Made by a program: the position numbers and the translations under genes. DNA of 64,000 nt from Lama glama (lineage: Eukaryota): positions 32,552,001 to 32,616,000 of the forward strand of contig CM052818.1 of the NCBI GenBank assembly GCA_028534125.1. Direction: 5' to 3'. Shown one piece after another: positions 1-13,049 of this stretch (position 1 is the stretch's first letter; the number at the start of each line of letters is the position of its first letter). The notes below the pieces were generated by a model that made no database searches, was not told the DNA's origin, and saw only the letters and a program-made list of their open reading frames with translations.

Positions 1-559
1 GGGCAAAAATACCTATAACAAATATAAGGGCATAACATTCTAGATATGTATTTACATTTTTAAAAACTCTTATTTAAAAAAAACCCACTAATAACCCCAA
101 TTTTTAATGGACATACAACATGAATAATTATTTTTTGGCAATTGCCAAGATAACAAAAAATACATATACTACAATGCAACATTTTAAATGTTTTATTTCA
201 CCACAGAGAAATATGAATTCAAACAGAAATTTTCACCCATCAAATTGGAAAAATTAAAGGAAATGAAGCCATTAAAAATCACATTTTCAAACAATGTTTA
301 AAGATTTGGGGGAATTATAGAATGGCAATCAAAAAAGTAGAATACATAACTATATACAATCCAAATTTTGCAGAAAAAAATACAGGTGATTTTATTTTCT
401 TTCTTTCTCCTTTTTTTAATGTTTTTTAGATCTAATACAATGGGATATTTTTAATAAAGAAAAAATTTTGAAACATAGACTCAAAAATGAGGCTCCCTTT
501 GTATAACAAAAGGAAACTAGTGATTTTGATAAATTTATAAGTTACCAAATAGTTAATAT

Positions 560-780
560 TTTAGGGGGTGCTTACAGGGAACCAACCACTATTCTAGGTG
601 CTTTACATATTTATCAACACACTTAATTCTCACATGAACTCTTGAGGTATTGTTACCCTCATTCTGTAGAAGAAAACTGAGGCACAAGAAGAGAAAGAAG
701 GTCCCACAGCTGGTAGGCAGAGCAGCAGATTCACACTCAAGCAGTCAGGCGCCAAAGCCCACGCCCTTCAACATTATACC
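560..780 (-). mobile_element. MIR SINE relic
   Basis: Reverse-orientation MIR core-like sequence (ttctaggtgctttaca...gaagaaaactgaggcaca...cacagctggta...gattcacactcaagcagtc); boundaries approximate. Confidence 0.7.
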
Positions 781-1341
781 ACACTGCCTCCCCGTCAAGC
801 CGCAAGATGAGATACCATGCAACCAGGGAAATTAATGTTCTACGAAAATACTTCACAGCAAGGAAAAATATTCACAACAGTGACAAAAGCAAACTGAAAT
901 CAATGTGTTATGGCGTGTGTGTGTGAGAGCGAGAGAGAGCAAGAGAGAGCAAGTGGGGGGAGCATATAAAATTAAACAAACACTTGTCAGAGAAAGAATC
1001 ATCCCAGCCCCAGAGCACAGTAAAAACACGTTGGTGTCACTTGCTTCTCCAATTTTTCAAGTCTCTCAACCTCCAGAGCTCTATGTCCTTGGCAATAAAG
1101 AGTAAAATCTCTCCTTCAGTCACGACCCCGCCAAGAGCAGGGTTCAGGAAGGTCTACAGAGCTGGGCACACTCCCAGTAAGACCCCCTCTCCCATCACAG
1201 CACTGCTCACAGCCGGAAAAGGGCAGCCCCTGCTTTTATCATGTAAGTAACTGGGGAGATAGTTTTATTTTAAACTAATTTAAAATAATAGAAATTTACT
1301 CTTTTATCAATTCTCATTATATTTGATAATATCAATCTTAC

Positions 1342-1477
1342 CGTATTTGGGGGCACATTTAAAGTACTGGACTTTCCCAACACTTCCATTGTTTTTTCCT
1401 TCTGGTTCATCCAATTCAATGCCAGCCCACTGCCCACTTGCAAATTCAGTTGTTCCACAAAATCTTAATGTTCCAAC
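1342..1477 (-). CDS. CLIP4: CLIP4 coding exon (7th coding exon in window), core of first CAP-Gly domain
   Basis: Minus-strand translation [45 protein letters not shown](G), with GKNNG CAP-Gly motif; AG acceptor and GTAAG donor; 136 nt, phase-compatible with the previous exon. Confidence 0.97.
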
Positions 1478-1589
1478 CTAAATAAAACATAAATTGGAGT
1501 AACTTTTGAGTATTACTAGTAATTCTAAGTGTCCTACTTTTACAACTTTATCATGGAAGTTTTTAAAAAAAATCTCTCAAAGTAGACTT

Positions 1590-4135
1590 CTGAAAAAGGA
1601 AAATATTACCAGGGATAAAAAGAGACCTTAAATAATCATACAAGTGTCAATGGACCAAGAAGGCCTAAGAATCCTAAACCTATATGCACCTAACAATTGA
1701 GCTTCAAAACATATGAAATAAAAACTGATAGAACTGAAGATAAACAGACAAATCCACAGTCACAGCTGGAGACTTCAACAAACCTCTCCCCATAATCAAT
1801 AGGCCCAGCAGGCAGAAAACCAGTGAGGATATAAGAAACTGAAAACTGAAACCAGCTATAAGCCAATTCAGCCTAACATTTATAAAATATTCCATCTGAA
1901 ACAGAATACAAATGTAAAAGAGTAGAAATCATACACAATATGCTCTTAGACCATAAAGGAATTAAACCAGAAATCACTAACAGAAAGATATATGGAAAAA
2001 TCTCTTAACATTTGGAAATTAAACAATATACTTCTAAACAACCTATGGTTTAAGAAAAAGAAAATCACAAGGGAAATAATAAAATATTTCAATTGAATAA
2101 AAATGATAACAAAATAAGTCAAAATTTGTGGATGTAGCAAAAGCAGTGCTTAGAGGCAAATTTATAGCATTAAAATGCTTGTATTAGAAAAGGTCTCAAA
2201 TCAATGATATAAACTTCCACCCTTACAAAACTAGAAAGTGAAAACCCAAAGCAAGCAAAAGGAGGAAATAATAAAGATAAAAAATTAAGAATGGAAAAAC
2301 AATAGAGGAAAATCAATGAAACTAGAAGCTAGTTCTTTGGAGGGATAAATAAGATACACTTTTAGCTGGAGAACAGGGGAAAGAAAAGAGAAGACACAAA
2401 TTACAAACATCATGAATGAAAAAAGGACACTATTAAATTCCTTCAGTCATTTAAAGACATAGTAAGAAAATATTATAAATAATTCTATGCCTACAAATTT
2501 GACAAATTAGATGAAATGTTCCAATTCCTTAAAAGACACAAACTGTCAAAGCTCACACCTGAATTGAATCCGTGGTTAAGAATCTTCAAAACAAAAATGC
2601 CCTACAGACCCAGATGGCCTCACTGGTGAATTTGACCAAAGAATTTAAGGGAAAAAAATCCCAATTCCACACAAACTCTTCTAGAATATAAAAGCAGAGG
2701 GATCCATTCTCAACTCATTTTATGAAGCCAGCATTACGCTGATATCAAAACCAGACAAAGACACTATAAGAAAGCTATAGACCAATATCCCTCATGAACA
2801 TAAACACAATAATCCTTAACAAAATAGCAAATCAAATTCAGCAATACATTAAAAGGACAATACAGCATGACCAAGTGAGGTTTATCATGAGAATGCAAGG
2901 CTAGTTCAACATTTGAGAATTAATCAGTATAATTCATCATATCCACAAATTAAAGGCAGGGGTAGTGGGAAGAGGGGGTTTATTCTCTGGACATAAGCAG
3001 AAAAACGCTCAGCAAACTTCCTCAACTTAATAAAAGACATCTATACAAAATCTATAGCTAACAATTGCCACACTTCATGATGAGTAACAGAGTGCCTGCC
3101 CCTCAAGACTGGGGACAGGGCAAGGATGCTGGCTCTTACCATTCCTATTCATCATTATACTGAAGGTCCACGGCAACGAAACAAGGCAAGGAAAATAAAT
3201 GCATACAGACTGAAAAGAAAACTATCTCTATTCACAGACAACATGGCTATTTACGTAAGATATCTCAAAGAACCTACGAAAAAAGGTCAGCAGACCTAAT
3301 GAATTTTGCAAAGTAGCAGGATATACAGCCAATATACAAAAAGCAATTGTATTTCTGTATACTAGCAATGAACAACTGGAAAATGAAATTTCAAGCATGC
3401 CAGCATTTACAGCAACACCAAAGAGCATGAAAAACCTAGGTATAAATCTAACAAAGTATGTGTGATACCTGTATGCTTAAAAACTACAAAAGTTTGATGA
3501 AATAAACCAAATACCTATTAAATAGGAGATATATTGTGTTTAAGATTCAAAGTCTCAATATTTTTAGTATGTCAGTGCTCCTCAACTGGTCTATGTTTAA
3601 CACAACCCATTCAAAAATCTCTGCAGGATTTTTTTGTAAACCTCTTTCAGCTGACTCTAAAATGTACACGGAAAGGCAAAGGAACCTAAAAAAAAAAGAA
3701 AGAAAAAAAATGAAGGCCTAACACTATCTGACTGCAACACCTACTACACAGCCTCAGCAATCACGACAGGGCAGGACTGAAGAAAGGATAATCGTGAGAT
3801 CAGTGGAGCAGAACAAAATCCGGGAACAGACCCACACTCACGTGGTTACCTGCCAAAGGAGCAAGGGCAGCATTTCAAGACAGAGAGGGAAAAAGAAACA
3901 CACAAACTCTATCTACACCGAGCACTCTCTCCAAAAATTAACTCAAAATTAAATATAAAACCTAAAACTGTAAACACCTAGAAGAAAACATAGTAGAAAA
4001 TTTCTCAGATTTCTACACACCCAAGCCATAAGAGAAAAACTTAGTAAAATAGACTTCATCAAAATTTAAAACATCTACTCTTTGCAAGACACTCCTAAGA
4101 GAATGAAAAGACAAGCAACAGACTGAGAGAAGACA
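1590..4135 (+). mobile_element. Degenerate LINE-1 ORF2 fragment (old L1M-type) in a CLIP4 intron, antisense to CLIP4
   Basis: A-rich sequence with recognisable L1 ORF2 blocks (tatgcacctaacaa...gctggagacttcaac; caactcattttatgaagccagcattac; gaatgcaaggctagttcaacat); many stops and deletions. Confidence 0.9.
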
Positions 4136-5267
4136 AATGAAACAAGGCTGACTGTGCGATGATGAAGTCAGCCCTGCTGACAGGTATATGTGTGTTCATT
4201 GTATGTTCCTACTTTTGTATAGCTTTAAATTATTCAAAATAAAAAGTAAAATAAAACAAGTGCATTCTCAGACACAGGACGGGAACACTAAAAGAAGCTG
4301 AATATTAATCCTAGTGGGGGGAAATGCTATGCATTCATCGTTTCTTGATACTTTAGCTCCACAGACAGGACAATGGAAAACAAACAAGTGTCTGTGAATG
4401 TATTCATGTGGAAGTTGGTACATGTCATTCTCAACCTAACAGTTTGTAGCTTAACTTCCCTGTTGAAGCAATTGCCTTAGTAAATCAAACTTCTAATTTT
4501 AGTGTTTTCTGAGAGAAGTGCATCACCCTCCCCACAGTCACCCCAATATGTAGATATAACCATGTTAGAATTCCACATGCAAGCAGCAATTCCCTGTTCT
4601 AGTCTCCACACCAAGCTCTCAACTGACCCCAAAATTTAAACAAAGAGAGAAAAGCAGCAGCACTCCATCCCCCAATATAAGGTACTTTAAAAGAGAGAGT
4701 GGCAACAGGTGAATGCCATCCGGAAACTGAGGCTCTGGAGAAAGCGGTGTCTGGAGCACCTTCAGTGGCGTGGGGAGTCCCCTTTTCCATATACATTTTT
4801 ATTACCAGGTTAAAATCATACCTAAGGCTTCTCTGTTTGTGGGGTCAGGAAGGGAAACACCCAGGAAGGGTGAGGGTAGCCTCTGCTCCACTTCTGCGCA
4901 GTGGGAGCAGCGCCGCTGAAGACTGGGGGGTGCGGGGTAGGAGGGATGCAAGAACACTGCGGCCGGAGGACTTCCCGGCTGGTGTCTCCGAATTTACTTG
5001 GCAGCTTGGCTGTACTCCATGCTTCTCCCATTCAAACAAAGATGTTTCCATTATTAAGTTCGAACAGCTTAACTTCTTAAATTATACTTTACAGTAACCG
5101 TGATTCGAAGTTTCACATTTCCCATTAATTATCTTTCTACCTACATATTGAACTTAAAAAAAAAAAGAAAGAACAACAACCTCAAAACCACACTGTATGC
5201 CTCCTGGGAGTGCAGGCCACGTAATGACCCCGGACATAGCTCTAGAGACCGCAGCCACCTACTGTAC

Positions 5268-5504
5268 CTTCTGTCCTGCAATAACAACACGGTCCCCCAA
5301 CTTCAGGCCAAGTGACGTCAGCATCGCCTTGCTAGTAACCCGATCGTAATTTGGAAGCAAAGGCTTTGAGAGATCACAGGACAGAGGCACCGCGTCGAGC
5401 AGCATCTGCTTGATTTCTTTGGCAGTTGCCGCAGCATCGGCCATTTCTAAGGGCATCTCAACTGGGTCTGGGACAACGTCGGCAGGGATCTGCCCTTTGT
5501 CATT
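5268..5504 (-). CDS. CLIP4: CLIP4 coding exon, linker between ankyrin repeats and CAP-Gly domain
   Basis: Translation NDKGQIPADVVPDPVEMPLEMADAAATAKEIKQMLLDAVPLSCDLSKPLLPNYDRVTSKAMLTSLGLKLGDRVVIAGQK; 237 nt, phase 0/0, AG and GT boundaries. Confidence 0.97.
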
Positions 5505-5594
5505 CTACAAATAAACAGAAGAGAAACTTCTCAGGTCCTATCTGCTTAGAGCTCTGCACAGTCACCTAAAATTATTTTTGGAAAAAAGTTAATT

Positions 5595-5735
5595 TCATTC
5601 ATCATTTATTTATTAAAGAGTATTTACTGAACATCTACTAGATGCCACACACCATTCTAAGCGCTAAAGACATACAGGGAAGAAACAAAAAAAAAAGCCC
5701 TGCCCTCAAAAAGCACACAGCCTGGTGACAGACAC
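5595..5735 (-). mobile_element. L2 LINE 3' end relic
   Basis: tcattcatcatttattt...tatttactgaacatctacta...ccattctaagcgct, typical of a reverse-orientation L2 terminus. Confidence 0.6.
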
Positions 5736-5775
5736 AGACTACAATCATGCAAATAAAACAATAAAACATATGGTT

Positions 5776-6125
5776 AAAAAAAAAAGATACAAATGAACTT
5801 ATTTACAAAACAGAAATAGACTCACAGACATAGGAAACAAACTTACGGTTACCAAGGGAAAGGGGGTGGGAACGGATAAATTGGGAATTTTGAGATTTGC
5901 AGATACTAACTACTATATATAAAATATATAAACAAGGTCCTACTGTATAGCACAGGGAACTATATTCAACTATATCTTGTAGTAACCTATAACAAAAAAG
6001 AATATGGAAAGGAATATATGTATGTATATGTATGACTGAAACATTATGCTGTACACCAGAAATTGACGAAACATTTTAAACTTATTATACTTTAATTAAA
6101 ATAAATCAAAAAATAAAATAAAAAA
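5776..6125 (+). mobile_element. LINE-1 3' UTR with A-rich tail (cetartiodactyl-type)
   Basis: gatacaaatgaacttatttacaaaacagaaatagactcacagacata...ctgtatagcacagggaactatattcaa...tatgctgtacaccagaaattgac, followed by an A-rich tail. Confidence 0.88.
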
Positions 6126-8865
6126 TGTTACATCAAAGGGTAAAAAGTGGCAGAGAGAACACTAAGGCAGGGAAGGGGAACAGAGGACACAGGAACACAG
6201 GTGGCTATTCATGCACAGGGGTCAGGGATGGCCTCACTGCTAAGAGGCACCAGTGCAGCGGCCCGGGGAGATGAGGGAATACTGTGCAGGTTAGCTGGTA
6301 GGGAATGCGGTCCAGGCTCAGCGTGCCTGGCTGCACAGGCTTGGAGAAGGCAAGTCTGGAGACAGAGGTCACAGGACTGACTGGCTTCCCTACCCAAGAT
6401 CCGAGATTCCCTCCACTCTCCCAGAGCTGCCACCCTGGTTGGCTCTGTGACCTCGACCCATCCTGCCCACTTGTGGAATGACTCAGATTTCAGGAACAAA
6501 ATCTATGGTTTCAATACTTCTAAAGTTTGGGCTATAATTGAGAAAACAACTCTGCTCGCACTCTAAAAGAGAGGAGGCATCGCCCTGCAGTGAGATAAAA
6601 TGGTCAGTGGCAAGCCCACTAACATCTGCACGCAAAAGCAAAACCCAATTATACAAAAATTGCCTTATTCGGTTTTCACGTCAAGAAAAAGCTTGTGAAT
6701 AAAACAGATAAAAATCCTTCCTGGTAAGAGTTTATACTGTAGCAAGAGAGACCAACTAAGCAAGTAAAACACGACTACCATTTCCAGTCTGCCAACTGGG
6801 AGAATTAGCAAGGGAGATACGCATGGATGGCGCGCTCAGAGCCACCGCCACGGTCACTGCAGAGATGACCCTGCGATCCACGTCCGGACCCACCAGACTC
6901 AGCCCTCCTGCTTCCTGCTGCCCTTCCCTCAAACAAGCTATCTTTCTTCTATGCTCCCTCACCAAAAACTTAGACTTCATGAGGAAGATTCCGGACTATC
7001 ATCTTCCCTCAGTGAGACAAAACCAAGATTCTTTTGCTCAGAAACCTTTTACCCTTTTCTTATCCTCTGATAATTACCTGCAAATGATCCCCATGGATAA
7101 AAGAATGAAGCTTTTAGAACACACTTAGTTTGCAAGTGCCTCACATTTTTTTTGTTTTGTTTTAAAATTTAAGTCAGTTTGGTCCTAAGTAAAAACACGG
7201 TAGGAAGGCATGTCATCAAATTTCTGGAATGGTGATGACCTACTCTGATTTCAGATTTCAAAGCAAAATTACAAAATTTAATAAAATCTCTACAGCACTC
7301 AGATGTACTCTTGGAAAAAAGAGGGAGGGAAAGAACTTTTTTAAATCAACAAACCTGTCCTGATGAGTATTTTACTTCAGATTTTTGTTAAATCACAGAC
7401 TTCTATTAATTCCTATATAAAATTTAGCAACTAAAACTTCTGTTAAAAAAAGTTAAATAAAAATAACAACAATGATGTCATATTAACATAAGAAGACCTA
7501 TTCATGATTAATTACAGAATTTCATTTTCTTCTAAAGCAGTGGCTATCAGGGTTATGATCTAAGGGCTACTGCCAACCCACACATTCAATTTGGCAATCT
7601 ATTAATTGCTTTTGGCCTGAATTGGTAATTTACCTCAATGACATACCTCACTGCATCTTCCTAGACTCAAAATATTCTCTCCACAAATGGGGTTTTGCCA
7701 ACAGCTGTACCAGCAAAAACACCTTCACACTCCAGCCAAAATGAACTATCATCTCCTAGCCTTTGTGCACACTATTCTCCCTGCCTAAAATGCCTTTCTC
7801 AGCTTCCTCCTATATCTGGTTAATTCTTAACTGTGTTTAAGCACTCAATGTCACCTTTGCCAGGAAGCCTTCCCAAGGCTTGGATAGACACCCCCTCCCA
7901 TGTAAGCCCACGACACTCTGTGCTACATCCCACCTGTCCTCCATCATAACACACTGAACACTCTACAGCACAGCTGACTGCTTTCTTGTCCATCCTCCCC
8001 TCCAGACTGTATTCTATTTGAGAACAGATTTATTGTTGCCTTCTCCCAGGGTTCAGTAAATACTAGGGTATGAAGGAAACGGGGAGGGGTTAATTAACTA
8101 ATTGATGGGTTTAAACAGAGAGAAAAGTGACAAAGAAGTAAGGGGAGGAGAGGAAACAGGAAAGTGGGGAGGGGGAGGGAAAGATGGCGAGAGATGGGGC
8201 TTTCTGTAACACTGTCTACCCCTGCCCCTTCAAGGGAAGGCACAGACCCAATTAAGGATTCCTGCCAGAGTAAGTCACCGTCATCAATATAAGGGAAAAG
8301 AACATGGAGAACCACTCTTGTGAAAACAATAAAATACCAAAGGATCTGAAGATTATGAAATTCAACCCAGTCTGTTAATTTTGTAAATCTGTCACATTAC
8401 CACGAAAAAATAAAATTTTCATTTAAGTTGATTTTAAAGATTTACTTCATTCTTAAATACTCATCTTTTACCTGTCTGAAATATAACATCTCTCCAAAAC
8501 AATTTAAAATACGATTAAATACAGAAATTTAACTTTAATATATACATTTTTATTTAACAACTAATGTTTCATCTATGTATTAGGAGCCTAAATAAAAGCT
8601 ACTTTTAAACTCAAAGAAGATAGTTTCAAGAGCATTTTACTTAGCTGAAAGTTTTGTAAAGTTTATTAATATAAAAGGACTGAAATTCACTGCTATTCCT
8701 TAATGCATCTGAGAAAAAAGTTCACCATCATTATTCTTTATATGCAGCACAAAAATATAAATTATTTGCTCACATAAGAGTTCTATAACATCTATATTCA
8801 ACTGGGAGATACTGTTAGATGTTTTAATCCTTTTAATATTTTTTGCTTTTAATTTAACCTCTTAC

Positions 8866-8984
8866 CCTAAATGCAGGATTGGCTCCATGCTCCAATAAGC
8901 ATTTCACAGTACTTGCACACAAGTTATATGCGGCAATATGCAGAGCTGTTCCAAAATTAAAGTCACTGCAGGTGGCATCCACAT
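8866..8984 (-). CDS. CLIP4: CLIP4 coding exon, third ankyrin repeat
   Basis: Translation (D)VDATCSDFNFGTALHIAAYNLCASTVKCLLEHGANPAFR; 119 nt, CAG acceptor, GTAAG donor. Confidence 0.97.
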
Positions 8985-9321
8985 CTGCAATTAAAGATCA
9001 CAGGTGTACTAACTAAAATTTTAAATTAAGCTATTATAACATAAAAGGAGACGGGCTACGTTTATTGGGGGGGGTAGTGGTATTTATTGGCCATTTAAAC
9101 CAACCCACTAGAAGGACTATACTCACTATTTTCTTAGTACAATAAAATTTCATCATCAAATGGACTGATATTATCGTGGATTTTCCAACCATCACAAACT
9201 AAACTATATTTAAAAGCAATTAATGGCAATAATTCATATTTATAAAAGGAAATATCTTAACACACTTCCATTAAACCTCTTGCATATGTGCTGTGACAAC
9301 TATAATGACATAGTAGGGAGG

Positions 9322-9530
9322 TCAGGGACTAGCAAACCATGGCCTATTGGCCAACTCCAACTCACCATCTGTTTCTGTAAATAAACTTTTATTGGAACAC
9401 AGCCATACATGTGGCATGTAGCCACAGAGAATATGCATATGCCACAACTTTAGAATCAAGTAGCTGCAACACAGACCATGTGGTCCACAAAGCCCAAAAT
9501 ATTTACTATCTGCCTCTTTGCAGAAAAATT
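9322..9530. mobile_element. MER58-like hAT-Charlie DNA transposon
   Basis: cagggactagcaaac...gtaaataaacttttattggaacacagccat...ggtccacaaagcccaaaatatttactatctg matches the recalled MER58A pattern. Confidence 0.75.
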
Positions 9531-10522
9531 CGTAGGTAAAACAAATATGCAGAATTCTCAACCAGGAATAAGTTAAAGAGTAATTAAACATATGCTCCAT
9601 GCTTACATATTGTATTCATTCACAACACTTTATGTTACAAATGAATCTGCACTTGACAATAAGAATGGGAATTCTGCAATTTTAGGAACATTTTAATAAC
9701 TTTCAACAAATCATCACGATGTTATACATAGACACGGGAAATCTTACAGATTTGGAAGTCTCATTTTGAATGTTTCCTAACAAGGGTTTAATATGCCTCT
9801 GGGTTCTGCTGATCCTACCTTAATCTAAACCACACCAGTCCACATGCCCTTCCTACAACTCCAAACAACCAAGACATGCTCTGGACAATCCCCCCCTGAA
9901 TTATTAAAGACACTGTACTATCAAGAGAGACCTTCTGACTAACATTATTCAAAAAGTGAAAAAGTAAAAAGGTGAAGAGGAAATGGACAATTACACAAAG
10001 CAGAGGTTAGAAACAAACATTCTGGGAAACTTATCTACTAAATCTCCAAAACAAGTCTTCTACAAATGGAGAAACACTGCATACAGCCTTTAACTTAAAG
10101 CAATGCTACTGCACTAGCCCTTGTTTCTTTCTCAAAAGAAAACTGCCCCCCTGAGATGACCCAGAGAGAACATCAAAATACCAGGGCTGTGATTTAGACA
10201 TTACAATGTTCAATTTTAGGATAACATCAAGACAGGAGGGAAAAGAAATTTAAAAATAATCATCCTTTAATGGAATCACTGAATTTCAGAACTGAATGCC
10301 ACCTAAAATAAATATTTTTTATGATTTCAATGCTTAGCTCTGCAGGTTTTATTGCTCTATTTCTGGTTACTCAAATAAGAAAAAAATTATACACAGATTC
10401 AAATACACTTTGTAAAATCCATGTTATAGTGGGGAATTTACAGAGATATTAATACCCAGAGAACACTTTATTTTGTGTCTCTTTGTACTAGGTCTTTTGT
10501 GAAAGGATAGTAACTAATTTTC

Positions 10523-10601
10523 TTTTTTTTTTTTTCATTTTTATTGATTCATAATCATTTTACAGTGTTGTGTCAAATTCCAGTGTTCAGTACAATTTTT
10601 C
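10523..10601 (-). mobile_element. Young, heavily 5'-truncated LINE-1 3' tail (79 bp) with perfect 14-bp target-site duplication
   Basis: Poly-T start; direct repeat agtaactaattttc at 10509-10522 and 10602-10615; body similar to the element at ~27345-27425. Confidence 0.85.
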
Positions 10602-10771
10602 AGTAACTAATTTTCAATAAAGAAAATTTAAACTATGAAAAATAAAATGGGATAGGAGGTCACATGGAACAAGAAGGATTAGAATTAAACATCTCTTTGA
10701 ATTATAATTTTTTTTTGCCATGAATAAAGTCTTCAATTAATAACATCTAATGGTGATCTTATAGTACTTGC

Positions 10772-10933
10772 CTTTTGGTTTGGATGTCTTCAGAATCACT
10801 CTTATAAGCTCAGGGACGTCAAAATAAGCAGCATAATGCAAAGCATTCATATTTGTCCAGCGACTCCGCAAACTCACATCTGCTCCCAGATCAATGAGTT
10901 GAGTTGCAAATTTTACAGCTGTATCAACGTCAC
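10772..10933 (-). CDS. CLIP4: CLIP4 coding exon (ankyrin repeats), followed by a GC splice donor
   Basis: Translation (G)DVDTAVKFATQLIDLGADVSLRSRWTNMNALHYAAYFDVPELIRVILKTSKPK(D); 162 nt; donor reads AAG|gcaagt. Confidence 0.96.
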
Positions 10934-12034
10934 CTAGAGAAGGTTTTCTAAATTATTTTTCTTCAGTATAGATTTTAAGTTCTAATGGATGGCCATCTAC
11001 TACCTCATTTAAAAAGCCAAAGCAAACAGCATCTTGAATACTCTTACACCTCAAAAAGGTCACAAGGAATTTATTCTAAGAAAATGACCATATTCAGGGA
11101 TATGATCGACACTTAGCTATAAAGATGTTCATCACAGCACTTTTTATTATGAGTAAAATTCTGAAACAACCTAAAAGTACAATAATAAGACATTGGTTAA
11201 ATAAATTATGAGACATCCATGTAATGGAATACTACAGAGCCATTAAAACCAGTGCACTAGACCCGTGCTCCACAGGGTACACTCTGTGGACCAATGCCAG
11301 CCCCAACCTGCAGTATGTACCTTTTATAATTCTTTTCTTTTTCCCTATGCAATCATTTCTTCTGAATATATTAACTGAAATGTAATTTTATGCTTTTGAA
11401 AAACATCTGGGCTCATATTGTATGTCTTTATTTTTCTATTATAAACACATTTTTATCTTATTTTACAAAAATATCAGTCTATGATGGATTGCAGGAAGGA
11501 AAAAAAGAGTCCTTCACCATCAAAAGTTTAAGAAGCACTATATCAGACTACAGAAGAGATGTTCACAATATACAGTTAAGTAGGAGGCAGGTGTAAAACA
11601 CGGTAAAGCATAGGAGAACACCAATTTTGGCAACTATGCACATATGTTATATATGTAGGAACAGACCTTAGACCTAAAGAGTAGGTTCTGTACGGATTGG
11701 GAAGCCTGAGAAACTGAGCATGGATTGTCAAACCTTGCTGTAAACTCTCAGGAAGGTTCTACATGTTACCAGTTACTCTCACCTAGCAAGCAGGCAGGCA
11801 TGAAGCCTGTTCCAGAAAAGTTAGGAGGCACCAGGAAATTATAAAGAACCCGTGGGAAAAACGGGAGGAAAGGAAACGAGGTATGTGGAGGACCTAACTT
11901 AATCCTCACCTATTCAGGGAATATTATTATCATCAGCTAGGTGCCCTCCCAAGGGCTCCGGTTGGCATGAACATAGCTTACACAACCACAAAGAAAGATG
12001 TCTTAAACCACTAACAGGTTTACCACATACTTAC

Positions 12035-12128
12035 CAATACCATGAGCTCCAGATTTGCAAGTGTAATGTAAAAGAGTCATATCTGTCAATCCATCCCTGT
12101 CATTCACATTGCAACCTCTCTTAAGTAT
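12035..12128 (-). CDS. CLIP4: CLIP4 coding exon (ankyrin repeat)
   Basis: Translation ILKRGCNVNDRDGLTDMTLLHYTCKSGAHGI(G); 94 nt; CAG acceptor, GTAAGT donor. Confidence 0.97.
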
Positions 12129-12909
12129 CTGAGGAAACAAGGAAGAAATTATATCGACAAGAAGTCAACTGATTTCAAATCAATGCTGGGGAAACCAAGT
12201 TAGTCTACCTTATATGAATTAGTGTTCAATAAAATGAGTAGACAGAACTGGTTTCTCTTAAGGATAAATTTTACATCTGTACCAAACAACAATAATGAAA
12301 ACTGAACTTGTCACCCAACTGAAGAAAATTCTTAAAGAGTATTCCAAAGTAATCTGGCACTCCAAATATGTTCCTTCACCTCTCAAAGGACAAGCAAATT
12401 TCCCTTCTATGGATATAATGGTATTTGAAAAAAGTATAAGCTCTCCTTACAACATGACAGTGTGCTGGTCAAAGAATCCAGCATTATTCTTTTATTTCTC
12501 TTTTAAAAAAATCAAAAATTTAAAAAAATTATATTTAAGCCTAGGTCTCTACCAAACTACCCCAAAGTATAGATAAGCGTGACAGTAAGAAAATCCCCTC
12601 ATGAAAGTATTTTTTAAAGTTTACAAATTAATTTGTACAAAGAAAGAAAATACGAAAAATGCCTGCTCCACCAAGAGTCTATCATGTCAGAGTTCCAGGT
12701 GCAAGGAAGTGAGGGGCATGAGGGAAAAGATGGAAACTGTACAGGACCAACTCACTGCTCCAGGACAAACCCAGAAATACAAAGAAAAGAGTCAGAATCT
12801 TTGAAAGGTTTCCCCTTCATCACCACCTTTCCATACAGATCGGGGGGGGGGGGGTCTATACAATTAACAATACAAACAACACAAAAGTTAAAAAGTAAGA
12901 ATTCCTTAC

Positions 12910-13049
12910 CTCATTTCCAATAACATCAATGTTTTGCTGGACCTGAGGAACCCACTGTCTTAAAATGGCAAATAATTCTGATACAGAAGTTTTGGGATCA
13001 AAGAGAATTTCCTGGCATGATGTATCATTAGGATCAAAGAAAGAAAACT
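12910..13049 (-). CDS. CLIP4: CLIP4 second coding exon
   Basis: Translation (E)FSFFDPNDTSCQEILFDPKTSVSELFAILRQWVPQVQQNIDVIGNE; 140 nt; CAG acceptor, GTAAG donor. Confidence 0.97.
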
